64,000 nt of DNA. Source: Kiritimatiellia bacterium (GTDB taxonomy: Bacteria; Verrucomicrobiota; Kiritimatiellia; RFP12; UBA1067). A program made the translations under genes and the position numbers. Below, in pieces: positions 16,472 through 25,768 of the stretch. The DNA is taken from NCBI GenBank assembly GCA_045595285.1, contig JAZOAC010000138.1, forward strand, positions 269 through 64,268. Reading direction: 5' to 3'. Each line of letters starts with the position of its first letter. Positions within the stretch are counted from its first letter, which is position 1. Below the pieces are notes generated by a model that was given only the letters and a program-made list of their open reading frames with translations, was not told where the DNA came from and made no database searches.

Positions 16472-17905
16472 TCAGGCTTTACGGTTCACCTTGTCCTTGC
16501 CGGGCTTGCTTTCGTGGACCTTCGACTCGATAGGCCTGCCGCAAGCGCCGAAACAGTTCCGGGGATATACGCGGAAACGGTACTTGCCTCTTTCCGGCAG
16601 ATCCATCGCGTTGAAGGCGAAACTCTGCGACGCGGGCTCCTCTCGCTCAAGCTTGTAGAATGCCGGTGCAAGAAAGCGTCTTACGACAGGTACAGTGCCG
16701 TCCTCCATCTCCACACGCACTTCATAGTCGTAAACGCGCCCCTTCAAGGCCTTCGCAGACGGGAAATCAAGCATCATCATGATCGCCCAATGGCCATCGC
16801 GGTCCTCTGTATTGGCCACACGCGTCCTAACCGCCGCGCCGGCGGGGAACTGCGGAACCGGGGTGCGCTTCGAACTGTTCTCAAACGCATACGGCTTCGA
16901 CGCAGCCGTGGGCGGCGTCACGATCCACGCAGGGGCGGCCTCGACTCCTGCGGCAAAGTCGCGGCGCTCGATCTCCATGCGGTCGTCGAAGACGGACACC
17001 ACATATCCTTGGGCGCGCTCGAGGTTTGGACGTGCCGGAAGCTTGTGCATTGAAGTCGTGGGATTGCCCTTGCGGGAGTCTCCACCGTTCTCGTAGCCCG
17101 CCGGAATGGACGTGTACGAAAGCGAAGGAACCGCCACGGCGGTGTATTCGCCTTGCCAGATGGAACGCTCGTCGTTGAGTGTCCAATGGCAGTGTCCGGA
17201 GAACGCCACGGCGTTCGGCATCGACTTCAGCGCCTTGACGGCCGGAGCGTTGGGCCTCGAGCAGGATGTGGTTCCGCCAAGCGGATAGTGGGTGAAGAAG
17301 AAGAAAGGCTTCTTCGGGTCGAGCGTCTTTCCGTTCTCGGCGAACCATTCGTCCGCGGCTACGTTCCAGGGCTTGCCCTCCTTCCATTCGGCGCTGATGA
17401 AATCGTATCCCTTCACGGTACGGCGGCGAACGGCGGCAAACGGCTCGTTGAACGCCTCCTCCCAGCACTTCTTCATGCCGAAATTCACGAGAGCCTCATC
17501 CTCGGAATAGCCCTGCACGTGCATGTCGAGCGTCATGTCGCCGTACCAGTAGCCGTCGTAGTCGTGGTTGCCGGTGCAGAAGAGCTTCTCGACCTTGCGC
17601 CCGTCCGGCGCCATGTCGCCCGGAAATACGGAATACCACGCATCGGCCAGATACCTGTAGCTGCTCTTGAGTCCCCAGTCCGTGAGGTCGCCCGCAACCA
17701 TGACGGCATCGACTTTGCGGTCGCGGAAATACTTGAGCGTCCTTATGAACATCTCCGCCGACTCGGGCGTGGTGATGTGAACATCGCTTATCACGCCGAA
17801 AACGATATTCGGCCGCGGACCGCACACACCGAGGGAACGGCATCCGCCTGCCCCCATCAGAGCAATCGCGCCACCAAGAAAATTTCTCCTGCTTAACTGA
17901 ATCAT
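16472..17905 (-). CDS. Tat-signal calcineurin-like metallophosphoesterase with C-terminal Ig/FN3-like domain
   Basis: ORF 16472-17950 trimmed to ATG 17905 (GGGAG 8 nt upstream). Twin-arginine motif SRRNFLGG. Phosphoesterase motifs GVISDVHIT, VAGDLTDWG, CTGNHD, FSGHCH. Confidence 0.75.
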   Translation of the reverse strand: MIQLSRRNFLGGAIALMGAGGCRSLGVCGPRPNIVFGVISDVHITTPESAEMFIRTLKYFRDRKVDAVMVAGDLTDWGLKSSYRYLADAWYSVFPGDMAPDGRKVEKLFCTGNHDYDGYWYGDMTLDMHVQGYSEDEALVNFGMKKCWEEAFNEPFAAVRRRTVKGYDFISAEWKEGKPWNVAADEWFAENGKTLDPKKPFFFFTHYPLGGTTSCSRPNAPAVKALKSMPNAVAFSGHCHWTLNDERSIWQGEYTAVAVPSLSYTSIPAGYENGGDSRKGNPTTSMHKLPARPNLERAQGYVVSVFDDRMEIERRDFAAGVEAAPAWIVTPPTAASKPYAFENSSKRTPVPQFPAGAAVRTRVANTEDRDGHWAIMMMLDFPSAKALKGRVYDYEVRVEMEDGTVPVVRRFLAPAFYKLEREEPASQSFAFNAMDLPERGKYRFRVYPRNCFGACGRPIESKVHESKPGKDKVNRKA

Positions 17906-17927
17906 TGTTTTACTCCCATTTGCTGTT

Positions 17928-18746
17928 TTAGACTGATCGGATAAATTCATCGAGAAGCGACGCCATCATCGGCTTCGCGGCCTTGGACGCCGCCATGACC
18001 TCCTCGTGCGCAAGCGGCGCCGAAGATATGCCGGCGGCATAGTTCGAGACCAGCGACAGCCCCGCCACCTTCATTCCGCACGCCTTGGCGAACACTGCCT
18101 CCGGGACGGTGCTCATGCCAACGATGTCCGCCCCCATGTGGCCATAGGCATGCACCTCCGCAGGCGTTTCATAGACGGGGCCGCTCGTGAATGCATAGAC
18201 CCCCTCCATCACGCGCAGATCAAGACGGCGAGCGGCGGCAAGCATGAGATCCCGGTACCGCTTCACGTATATCTCCGACATGTCGGGGAACCGCGCACCC
18301 CATTCCGGAATGTGCTGCCCAATCAGAGGATTCACCGAAACTGTGTTTATGTGGTCCTTTATTATGACGAAATCCCCGGGACGCAACGCGGGGTTTATCC
18401 CGCCGGATGCGTTCGTAAGCAGCAGAGAGCCGCATCCCATGCGGCGCACCAGTTCGACAGGAAGGACCACCGGCTCCCATCCGGCCCCTTCATACCAGTG
18501 GCGGCGGCCCGAGAACGCCGCTATGCGCCTGCCCGCATATTCATACAGTATGAACTCGCCGGAATGCCCGGCGACCGTCGTTGCGCCCATTCCCGGAATG
18601 TCCGCATACGAAAGGCGACAGAGTACGCCATCCTTATTCAGCGAATCGCCCCAGCCGCTTCCGAGGATTATGGCAACATCCGGCGGCAGCCTGAAGCATT
18701 CGTCAGGCAGGAAATCCGCGGCCTTGTCGAAAATGTCAATGTTCAT
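17928..18746 (-). CDS. purine nucleoside phosphorylase (PNP-I / PunA type)
   Basis: 272 aa. TVAGHSGEFILYEYAGRRIAAFSGRRHWYEG, LLLTNASGGINP, FTSGPVYETPAE, GADIVGMSTVPEA. Confidence 0.85.
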   Translation of the reverse strand: MNIDIFDKAADFLPDECFRLPPDVAIILGSGWGDSLNKDGVLCRLSYADIPGMGATTVAGHSGEFILYEYAGRRIAAFSGRRHWYEGAGWEPVVLPVELVRRMGCGSLLLTNASGGINPALRPGDFVIIKDHINTVSVNPLIGQHIPEWGARFPDMSEIYVKRYRDLMLAAARRLDLRVMEGVYAFTSGPVYETPAEVHAYGHMGADIVGMSTVPEAVFAKACGMKVAGLSLVSNYAAGISSAPLAHEEVMAASKAAKPMMASLLDEFIRSV

Positions 18747-18758
18747 CGGTACACCTCC

Positions 18759-19772
18759 TTAAGTTCTGTCGAACACCACTGCCTTGCCCATGTCGGGAGA
18801 AAGGACGACATGGGCGCCCGCCGCAACGCCAACGACGTTGCCGGCACCGTGCTGGACGCGCACCGTAACCTTCACGCCGCGGTCCTCCGTGACGCAATGG
18901 ACGAGCGTCTCGCTTCCCAGCGGCTCAATGAGATCAACCGTCGCCGGCAGCCCCTTCCCGTCCGCATTGCCGCCGGCGGACATCCTGATGTTTTCGGGAC
19001 GCACGCCAACCGTCCTGCCCAAATCAAGGATGCCGGGAGGGAAAAGGTTCATCGGCGGCGTCCCGATGAACGAGGCGACGAACATGTTCGACGGACGCTC
19101 ATACACCTCCATCGGCGGTGCCGCCTGCTGGATGCGGCCGCCGTTCATCACGACGATGCGCGTACCCATTGTCATGGCCTCCGTCTGGTCATGCGTCACG
19201 TATATCATCGTGGCTCCGAGACGACGGTGCAGACGCACAATCTCCGCACGCATCTCCACGCGCATCTTTGCGTCGAGATTCGAAAGCGGCTCGTCGAAAA
19301 GGAACACGCTGGGATTGCGCACGATGGCGCGGCCGAGCGCAACTCGCTGACGCTGCCCGCCGGAGAGCGCCTTCGGCAGGCGTTTCAGGTATGGCGTAAG
19401 GCCAAGCGTCTCGGCGGCGGCGGAAGTGCGACGGAGGATCTCGTCCTTGGGTATCTTGCGGAGCTTCAGGGCGAACGAAAGGTTCTCCTGCACCGTCATG
19501 TGCGGATAGAGCGCGTAGTTCTGGAACACCATCGCGATGTCGCGGTCCTTCGGCGGCAGATTCGTCACGTTCCGCCCACCGATGGATATCTTCCCGGACG
19601 TGGGTAGCTCCAGCCCCGCAACCATGCGGAGCGTAGTCGACTTTCCGCAACCTGACGGACCCACCAGGACCAGGAATTCGCCGTCGGCAACTTCAAGCGA
19701 AAACCCGTCCACCGCGGGCGCGTCGCCTCGCGTGTAGATCTTGCTCACTCTATCGAATACAACCGTTGCCAT
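18759..19772 (-). CDS. ABC transporter ATP-binding protein, MalK/UgpC/MsmK type (no permease or binding protein nearby)
   Basis: ORF 18759-19778 (TTG) trimmed to ATG 19772. Walker A GPSGCGKST, signature LSGGQRQRVALGRA, Walker B VFLFDEPLSNLD, and a C-terminal MalK-like regulatory domain. Confidence 0.85.
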   Translation of the reverse strand: MATVVFDRVSKIYTRGDAPAVDGFSLEVADGEFLVLVGPSGCGKSTTLRMVAGLELPTSGKISIGGRNVTNLPPKDRDIAMVFQNYALYPHMTVQENLSFALKLRKIPKDEILRRTSAAAETLGLTPYLKRLPKALSGGQRQRVALGRAIVRNPSVFLFDEPLSNLDAKMRVEMRAEIVRLHRRLGATMIYVTHDQTEAMTMGTRIVVMNGGRIQQAAPPMEVYERPSNMFVASFIGTPPMNLFPPGILDLGRTVGVRPENIRMSAGGNADGKGLPATVDLIEPLGSETLVHCVTEDRGVKVTVRVQHGAGNVVGVAAGAHVVLSPDMGKAVVFDRT

Positions 19773-19784
19773 AAACAACCGTGC

Positions 19785-19793
19785 ATTTTACCA
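19785..19793 (-). promoter_or_regulatory. extended -10 element TGgTAAAAT very close to the ABC ATPase start
   Basis: Minus strand TGGTAAAAT, then GCACGG, then TTG TTT ATG. That is 12 nt from the -10 to ATG 19772, with no Shine-Dalgarno. Confidence 0.45.
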
Positions 19794-19849
19794 CAAATCC
19801 TCCCTTCCACACATTCATCCGACAATGAAAAAAAAATAATAAAAAAGCG

Positions 19850-19878
19850 TTGACTCCAAAAATGGGATTTGAGATAGT
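19850..19878 (+). promoter_or_regulatory. sigma70-like promoter candidate for the 446-aa ORFan
   Basis: TTGACT (19850-19855)-17 nt-GATAGT (19873-19878), just downstream of an A-tract (19826-19846). Confidence 0.35.
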
Positions 19879-19928
19879 TCCATTGCACGTCACATTATCG
19901 CGGGGTATGTCACATCATCTCTGGCTCT

Positions 19929-19940
19929 CGATCTAGATCG
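19929..19940. promoter_or_regulatory. perfect 12-bp palindrome CGATCTAGATCG in the 5' UTR of the ORFan (operator-like)
   Basis: Read directly. It is preceded by two direct repeats GTCACATyATC at 19889 and 19909, 20 bp apart. Confidence 0.3.
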
Positions 19941-19998
19941 CTGCTCCGGGCGGTCCGGTGCGCGATGAACCGCAATCAAGAGAAGAAGGAGGTACGAC

Positions 19999-21339
19999 AT
20001 GACTATTACGGCAGATGCCCTACGCTCCGGCATCAGGGAGATGTCCGCATATTCGCGGATATCGATCGAAAACGACAAACTCGGCAAGGCTGGCTTCAGG
20101 CAGAGCATTGCGTGTCACTTCAACAAAGCCGAATCGCAAAGACTGAATCAGGATACGATCAACGCGTTGAAAACCGCCGTGCTGAACGATCCACGCTACT
20201 CCGGCATACAGGACAAGGTAGATGCCGTATTCGACGGACTGGGCTCAAAACACGCAATACGCGCAAAGGACGTCAAGAAGGCATTCTCGGATCTGGACAA
20301 GTGCGCATTCAAGACGGAAGCCGGCAGGAGGTCCTTCCTCGTCCAGGACATAAAGATGCGACTGATGGCGGGAACCTTTTCATCGTCAAACGCAAAGACG
20401 GGAGCCGGCGCAGATGACGCATGGGCGTTCAGCTTCAAAAACGAATGGAAGTCCGGCAACGGCATGGTCGAAGACTATCAGGACCTGATTCAATGGGCGC
20501 AACACTTCAAGAAACTTGAACCGCTTATGGGGAAAATGGTGGACGTGCTGGCTGAGCGCAGGGGTGGTGTCCAGAACATCACCGCCGCTGATGCCAGAGA
20601 ACTATCCTGGCAGGTCCACTCAATGCTGGCATATATCGGCAAGTCGATCACCAATTCTTCAATCAGCGAAAAGCACTACTACGCTGCGTTTAAGATGACG
20701 GCGAACATTCTGGCGAACTCGCCAAAGGCCTTGTCTACGCCTCTTGCGGCGCTACAGACAGCCGACGAGATCTATGAGGTGCTGAACAAGCTCGCGGCTT
20801 TCGAGAATTCGTTCGACGGAAGCAAGTTCGCCGTCGAGAATGGAATAGCGTGGATGGATGCGATGTGCGCCCCGCTGAGCGACACTGACTCGACATTCCT
20901 GCCGTTCGTCGAGAACCACATGGATTTTGAATGCGCGCTGAAGCTTGGATTGCCCCCCGACAAGGCTCGACGGCTGACGTCTCTGGCCTGCTGGGAATTC
21001 TATAGAACATCAAGGACGACCGACATGGCGCACGAGCTGCTGGACGCAAACTCCTTCCCACGCCAGTTGCTGAACTTCCCCGATCTGGCGAAAACGGATT
21101 TCGAATACCGCAATCTCGTCCCGTTTCTGGGGAAATTAGACAGAGATAATGTCGAACCGGACATCCGGAACCTGATACTTGAATCCATGTCGGCAACTGT
21201 CCGAGAAGTAGGGAAACTTCCCGACAGCGGGAGCGTGGAGACGGTTACCAGCAATGGCGAACATCTCAGGCTCGAATGGTCTCTACAGCACGGAATCTCC
21301 GGAATCCGCTCCATTGACCAATTCGATCAAGTAGCCTGA
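19999..21339 (+). CDS. hypothetical protein, 446 aa, no family recognised
   Basis: ATG 19999 with a strong AAGGAGG 6 nt upstream. No TM or signal peptide. It is one of only four plus-strand genes, and its GC looks lower than in the flanking core genes. Confidence 0.7.
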   Translation: MTITADALRSGIREMSAYSRISIENDKLGKAGFRQSIACHFNKAESQRLNQDTINALKTAVLNDPRYSGIQDKVDAVFDGLGSKHAIRAKDVKKAFSDLDKCAFKTEAGRRSFLVQDIKMRLMAGTFSSSNAKTGAGADDAWAFSFKNEWKSGNGMVEDYQDLIQWAQHFKKLEPLMGKMVDVLAERRGGVQNITAADARELSWQVHSMLAYIGKSITNSSISEKHYYAAFKMTANILANSPKALSTPLAALQTADEIYEVLNKLAAFENSFDGSKFAVENGIAWMDAMCAPLSDTDSTFLPFVENHMDFECALKLGLPPDKARRLTSLACWEFYRTSRTTDMAHELLDANSFPRQLLNFPDLAKTDFEYRNLVPFLGKLDRDNVEPDIRNLILESMSATVREVGKLPDSGSVETVTSNGEHLRLEWSLQHGISGIRSIDQFDQVA

Positions 21340-21378
21340 AACGCCTTCAGAGGTCTTTGCCCGTCATTTGAGATCGAC

Positions 21379-21400
21379 ATCTCGGGTGTACACCTGAGAT
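21379..21400. other. palindromic stem-loop between convergent genes
   Basis: atctcgggt-gtac-acctgagat (9 bp including one G-U). No U-tract. It lies between the stops at 21339 (+) and 21482 (-). Confidence 0.3.
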
Positions 21401-21481
21401 GATGAGCCAATGGTGCCGTCTGCCATTACATCGAAGGTCACGTGGCAGCCAAGCAGGCGACAAACAACCACTCCCGACTTT

Positions 21482-24352
21482 TCACCTGTCGAACAATGAA
21501 ATAAACTCCAGCCATGACGCGACAATGGAATCGAAGCCGGAAGCGTCCCTCTGCGCAACATACGAGACATCGCCCTTTCCGGGAAGTATCACGGTGCGGC
21601 CGTCTTCAACAACCGGAGACATCCTGCGCAGAACTTTTCGGTCCTCCCCCAATACATCGATTCGGGATGCGGCAAACGGCAGCTCTATCCGCTTGGCCCC
21701 GAAAGGAATAATCTCCTCTGAATTTCCTTCTAGAGGAAGCCTTACACATATGCCATCTGTCGCACCACCGGGGAAATCAGTGAATCGACCGCGGCCATTC
21801 AAATACACATAATCCGGCGAAACCGCAAATTCGGCGCGACATCCGTTCCGTTCTCCTATCCAGACACAGACTTTCCTGTCTCCGGAAAGCGCAAAGAGTC
21901 CATTCGGCGGCAATTCAACCTTTTTTCCGTCCATACCAAAAGACATCCATACGTCCGAAGAACCGTTTGCCGCCGTAACCGTGCCGTCCGAATAGCATGC
22001 AACCACCTGCATCTTGTCGCAATTATCCGACAGCAAAGCCTCTTCCGTCGTCAGCAGACGCCCGTCTCTTGACGCATACCGGATTGCCTTTACGTCTGCA
22101 ACCGTATACCGCGCGGCAATCGCCTGCATGAGATAGTAGCTTCTGAACTCATCCTCGCCCACCTTTATATCCTTGTAATGACGCTGAGCGGCATGTCTTT
22201 CGGGGAGGAGATATCCGGGATGCCCGAATGCCACTGTCGCCGCAAAGAAACGATCTAGCGCAATGCGCCGGTCAGCAGGCTTCGTGCCTGGAGTGTTGTA
22301 GAAATGCGCGTCTATCATTCCCATGCCGAAGTTGCACTCCAACGGATGCATTCGCAACAGATCAAAGTCTACAAGCCAAGGTCCGGAAGCAAGGTCGTAA
22401 ACCCTGTCCTGCGCATAGTTGCCGTCCGTAAGCCCCGAATAGAACCAATGCGCCGGCCCTTCGGAATACACTGGACCTCCCCATATTCTCTTCTGCAGAA
22501 GCATAATCTCGCCCCATGCGTAGAAGCCGGCCGCGAATGTTCCCGCCCCGGGAACGCGATGATCGTAATCCGTCGCGTCCCACGGACGCATGCATGTGTG
22601 AACATCGCAATAGCCGCAGTTGAAGCGGAACTTGCGCTGAACCTCGGGCGCGATCTTCTCGCACATCGAAACGGCCCACGCAGGTTTCGCGCGCCAGCAA
22701 CGGCGCCACGCAGGCGTCAGCAGGCACTCTCGGTCCCAGTCCCGACGCATTATGCTGTCTTCGCTCCAATATTCGTTCACCGTGGCAAGATCGATGTAGT
22801 TGTTGTAAGGTCCATACACATAGCCAAGCTCATCCATCATCGCTCTGGTATATTTCGCCTGAACCTCATCCCCGCCACGGCTTGGTTCTGTGCGTGTGCG
22901 GAATGCGTAACTCTGCTCTTCATTCCGCCGCCACATCGTTTCATGATCGGTGATGATTACCTTGGATATACCGCGCCGCTTGAGAGAACGCCAGTATTCC
23001 AGATCCTTCTCACGGTCGACAACTCCATACTGACGCCACAGATGCGACCCTGTTACATGTTTCCATGGAGACGGGGGATTGGGAATTTCCGGAAGGACAG
23101 ACGCGACATTTGATCCGAACGACCATATGAAACGCTCATAAACGGCATTGCGCTTCCCGTCGGTCTTGCGCAGATAGCGCACACCTCCGTTGAGCGCGGC
23201 GGCATTTGAGACGGCGAACATTGTGGAAGCGTTCGACTGCGTCCAGTCCGGCGTAGCCACAACGAAAACAGAACGCCCTGCCGTTCTCCAGCCGATGACG
23301 GCGGGGCGGGCTTCACGCGATTTCTCACGGTATGTGTAGAATGGGAATACGCTCCGGACTGCATCAGACGGCAGCCCCTCCAATGTCCCGAAACGAACCT
23401 CCGCAGTCGATTCCGCTTCATTGGGGATTTCAACGTCCGCGATAAGCGTGTTGCCGCGTCTTGAGAAACTCACTTTAGCGACATCCGCCGCCGCATCGGG
23501 AAACACACCGCCGCCACGCGCGAGTGAAATCCAATCCCCTCCGCCGATCCTGAACGCAAGACCGTCCCAGCGGGCAGCATTCCCCTCCGGCAGACGGAAT
23601 TCCAAAAATGCATCCTCCTTTTCAAACGCCGATGGAGGAAGAACCGTGTCGGCCGAAACCGGAAACGGAAGACGGCCTTCACCTACATTCATCCCTTGGG
23701 AGGCTTTCGGAAAAACAACCGTCCCGCGTTTCGGACGCGGCTCAAACGAAAGCGGTTTCCATTCCTCCTTAAAGACGGCAAGAGAGTTGAAATCAAGTTC
23801 ACGGAAAGCTTTGTTCCACCCCCCATGGACGCAAAAGCCGTCGAACCTGCAGCCGGCTTTCGCGCGCGGCTGGAGTTTATGCGGCACCCGTCCGTGGAAT
23901 TTGTACCAACCCTTATGGTGGACATGTCCGAGGTTGACGGAAAAGCGTTTGCCGGCAAGGTCAATAAACTGGAGATCGATCGTCACCGACGGCGTTGAAG
24001 GATCGCGTCCGAAAACATTGTTGCCGAAAACCCAGCAGCTTACGGCATCGAAATCGTTGGTGACGGGAATCGGCTCGGGAGGACGGACAAATACACGCGG
24101 CTTATCCTTGCCTCCGAGCGAGCGGTAGCGCAAACGGGCGACGCCGTCACCGAAAAGAAGCCTCGCCGTAGCACGGGTGAAGGTCGCTTCGGCGTTCTCG
24201 CCGGAGACCCGCCACCCTTTCCCGGTCGTCAACGCGCAAAGCGCCGGGCGGTCGTCTTCCGTCCGCCCGGCCCATTCCATTTCGTACGGACGGCGGGAAT
24301 CGGCAAAAACCGAAAGCGTCCCCGCCGCCAAAAGTGTCGCCCAGATCCGCAT
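21482..24352 (-). CDS. large secreted hypothetical protein (956 aa), possibly glycan-active
   Basis: ORF 21482-24373 trimmed to ATG 24352 (MRIWATLLAAGTLSVFADS, signal-like). This ATG overlaps the upstream stop as TAATG. No catalytic motif recognised by eye. Confidence 0.7.
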   Translation of the reverse strand: MRIWATLLAAGTLSVFADSRRPYEMEWAGRTEDDRPALCALTTGKGWRVSGENAEATFTRATARLLFGDGVARLRYRSLGGKDKPRVFVRPPEPIPVTNDFDAVSCWVFGNNVFGRDPSTPSVTIDLQFIDLAGKRFSVNLGHVHHKGWYKFHGRVPHKLQPRAKAGCRFDGFCVHGGWNKAFRELDFNSLAVFKEEWKPLSFEPRPKRGTVVFPKASQGMNVGEGRLPFPVSADTVLPPSAFEKEDAFLEFRLPEGNAARWDGLAFRIGGGDWISLARGGGVFPDAAADVAKVSFSRRGNTLIADVEIPNEAESTAEVRFGTLEGLPSDAVRSVFPFYTYREKSREARPAVIGWRTAGRSVFVVATPDWTQSNASTMFAVSNAAALNGGVRYLRKTDGKRNAVYERFIWSFGSNVASVLPEIPNPPSPWKHVTGSHLWRQYGVVDREKDLEYWRSLKRRGISKVIITDHETMWRRNEEQSYAFRTRTEPSRGGDEVQAKYTRAMMDELGYVYGPYNNYIDLATVNEYWSEDSIMRRDWDRECLLTPAWRRCWRAKPAWAVSMCEKIAPEVQRKFRFNCGYCDVHTCMRPWDATDYDHRVPGAGTFAAGFYAWGEIMLLQKRIWGGPVYSEGPAHWFYSGLTDGNYAQDRVYDLASGPWLVDFDLLRMHPLECNFGMGMIDAHFYNTPGTKPADRRIALDRFFAATVAFGHPGYLLPERHAAQRHYKDIKVGEDEFRSYYLMQAIAARYTVADVKAIRYASRDGRLLTTEEALLSDNCDKMQVVACYSDGTVTAANGSSDVWMSFGMDGKKVELPPNGLFALSGDRKVCVWIGERNGCRAEFAVSPDYVYLNGRGRFTDFPGGATDGICVRLPLEGNSEEIIPFGAKRIELPFAASRIDVLGEDRKVLRRMSPVVEDGRTVILPGKGDVSYVAQRDASGFDSIVASWLEFISLFDR

Positions 24353-25743
24353 TATTTGGCACCTGTCGTGCACTTCACGCGGAAGCCGTAAATTGGCAGA
24401 TCTTTATTATAGATTGCGCTCGACCTGTATGCGGAACGCGCAGCTCCTGACTTGTTATTCCACGATCCACCCCGAAGAACCTGCCGCCGACGGGTTCCGC
24501 CTCCTGTAGCACTGTCATCAACGTCGGAACTTGCCATTATCGGCTTGCCATTAGCCGAACTGATATCCGCTTTATACATATCAATGCACCACTCATACAC
24601 ATTTCCATGCATATCATAAAGTCCGAAAGCATTCTTGCCGTAAGACCCTGCAATAGCGGTTCCACTTGCGGGAGTAAGCGCCATCAATTCCTGAGAAAAA
24701 CTTATACGAGGATCTACTGCTTCGGGGGTTGTTTGTTTTCTTTCCTGATTTAACATATATCGACCAGGAACATACTTATCTACTTCTACAACCTCACCAT
24801 CACCCCAATATCCATCTCCATTGCCAGCGCGGCAAGCATACTCCCATTCAGACTCACACGGCAGATCAAAGTCGATCATGTCCCCTGAAAGCGCCCTCAA
24901 TGACGCCAAGAAGGATCCTTCACAAGGATTTTCCGGAAGATTGTCTTTATATTCGTAAGCATCATCGCTCGACGGGACTACTGTACGAATCATCTGATAC
25001 GAGACACTTTCCACCGGACGCATCGCGCCTTCAACCTTGAATGCCGACGGATTCGAGCCCATTATCTGCGTCCACTGTGACTGTGTCACTTCAAAAACGC
25101 CAATGTAATAATCGTTGTTCAACGTAGCGCTATGAATCATTTCATTCGCCGCCTCACGCGATGCTTCCGTCACGCTGCCCATCGTGAAGACGGCGCCGTT
25201 GGCGGGAATCTTGCGCATCACGAGACGTGTTGTGCGGTAGTCGGGGTTGGTCAAAAGTCCGCCCGGCAGGAACTCTTCGGCAGGATAATACGAAACGCGC
25301 TGGTTCGATGTGGCAGCAAGGTCGAAGACCATGTAGTCCGGCGCGGCGTTCGTCGCATAGGCCGTCACCACAGCACGGGCTCCATTTGCCGGCACACGAC
25401 TGTCAACCCACGCGCTGCGGTCAGGCCGCCATGTGATGGTGTGCACATCATCTGCATCACCTTCAACCACTTTCCATACGTCGCCTTTGGGAACTCCGGA
25501 TTTGACCCCGGAAATATTTTCGCCGCCTATCGACACCCAAGCGCCGTCCGTCGTGTTCGTCTGAATGTCAAGCGTGACAACCGCCGGGGCGTTGGCGAGC
25601 TTGTAGGTTATGGTGACCGTACGGTCCTGTGCCTGTGTCATCGTGACATCCGTCACCGACGGCACAAAAGCGGCCCCGAAGGCAAATGCCGGAGCGACTA
25701 TGCTGACAGACAAAAACGTCTTTGCTATTTTTTTTTCCTTCAT
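24352..25743 (-). CDS. secreted FGE-sulfatase/SUMF1-fold (C-type-lectin-like) domain protein with N-terminal Ig-like region
   Basis: 463 aa. Signal-like MKEKKIAKTFLSVSIVAPAFAFG. FGE-fold blocks RLVMRKIPANGAVFTMGS, FGLYDMHGNVYEWC, QVLRGGSWNN...RSAYR...YGFRV. AAGGAG precedes ATG 25743. Confidence 0.8.
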   Translation of the reverse strand: MKEKKIAKTFLSVSIVAPAFAFGAAFVPSVTDVTMTQAQDRTVTITYKLANAPAVVTLDIQTNTTDGAWVSIGGENISGVKSGVPKGDVWKVVEGDADDVHTITWRPDRSAWVDSRVPANGARAVVTAYATNAAPDYMVFDLAATSNQRVSYYPAEEFLPGGLLTNPDYRTTRLVMRKIPANGAVFTMGSVTEASREAANEMIHSATLNNDYYIGVFEVTQSQWTQIMGSNPSAFKVEGAMRPVESVSYQMIRTVVPSSDDAYEYKDNLPENPCEGSFLASLRALSGDMIDFDLPCESEWEYACRAGNGDGYWGDGEVVEVDKYVPGRYMLNQERKQTTPEAVDPRISFSQELMALTPASGTAIAGSYGKNAFGLYDMHGNVYEWCIDMYKADISSANGKPIMASSDVDDSATGGGTRRRQVLRGGSWNNKSGAARSAYRSSAIYNKDLPIYGFRVKCTTGAK

Positions 25744-25768
25744 GTTTTTCTCCTTTTTTGCGATAGTA

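Noticed and set aside
24352-24520. Possible diversity-generating retroelement variable region at the C-terminus of the FGE/CLec-fold gene
   Set aside because: FGE/CLec folds are classic DGR targets. However, I found no reverse-transcriptase-like ORF in the window and no second near-identical copy (template repeat) of the 3' ~130 bp on either strand. The C-terminal motif (RGGSWNN...RSAYR...GFRV) is the ordinary family consensus.
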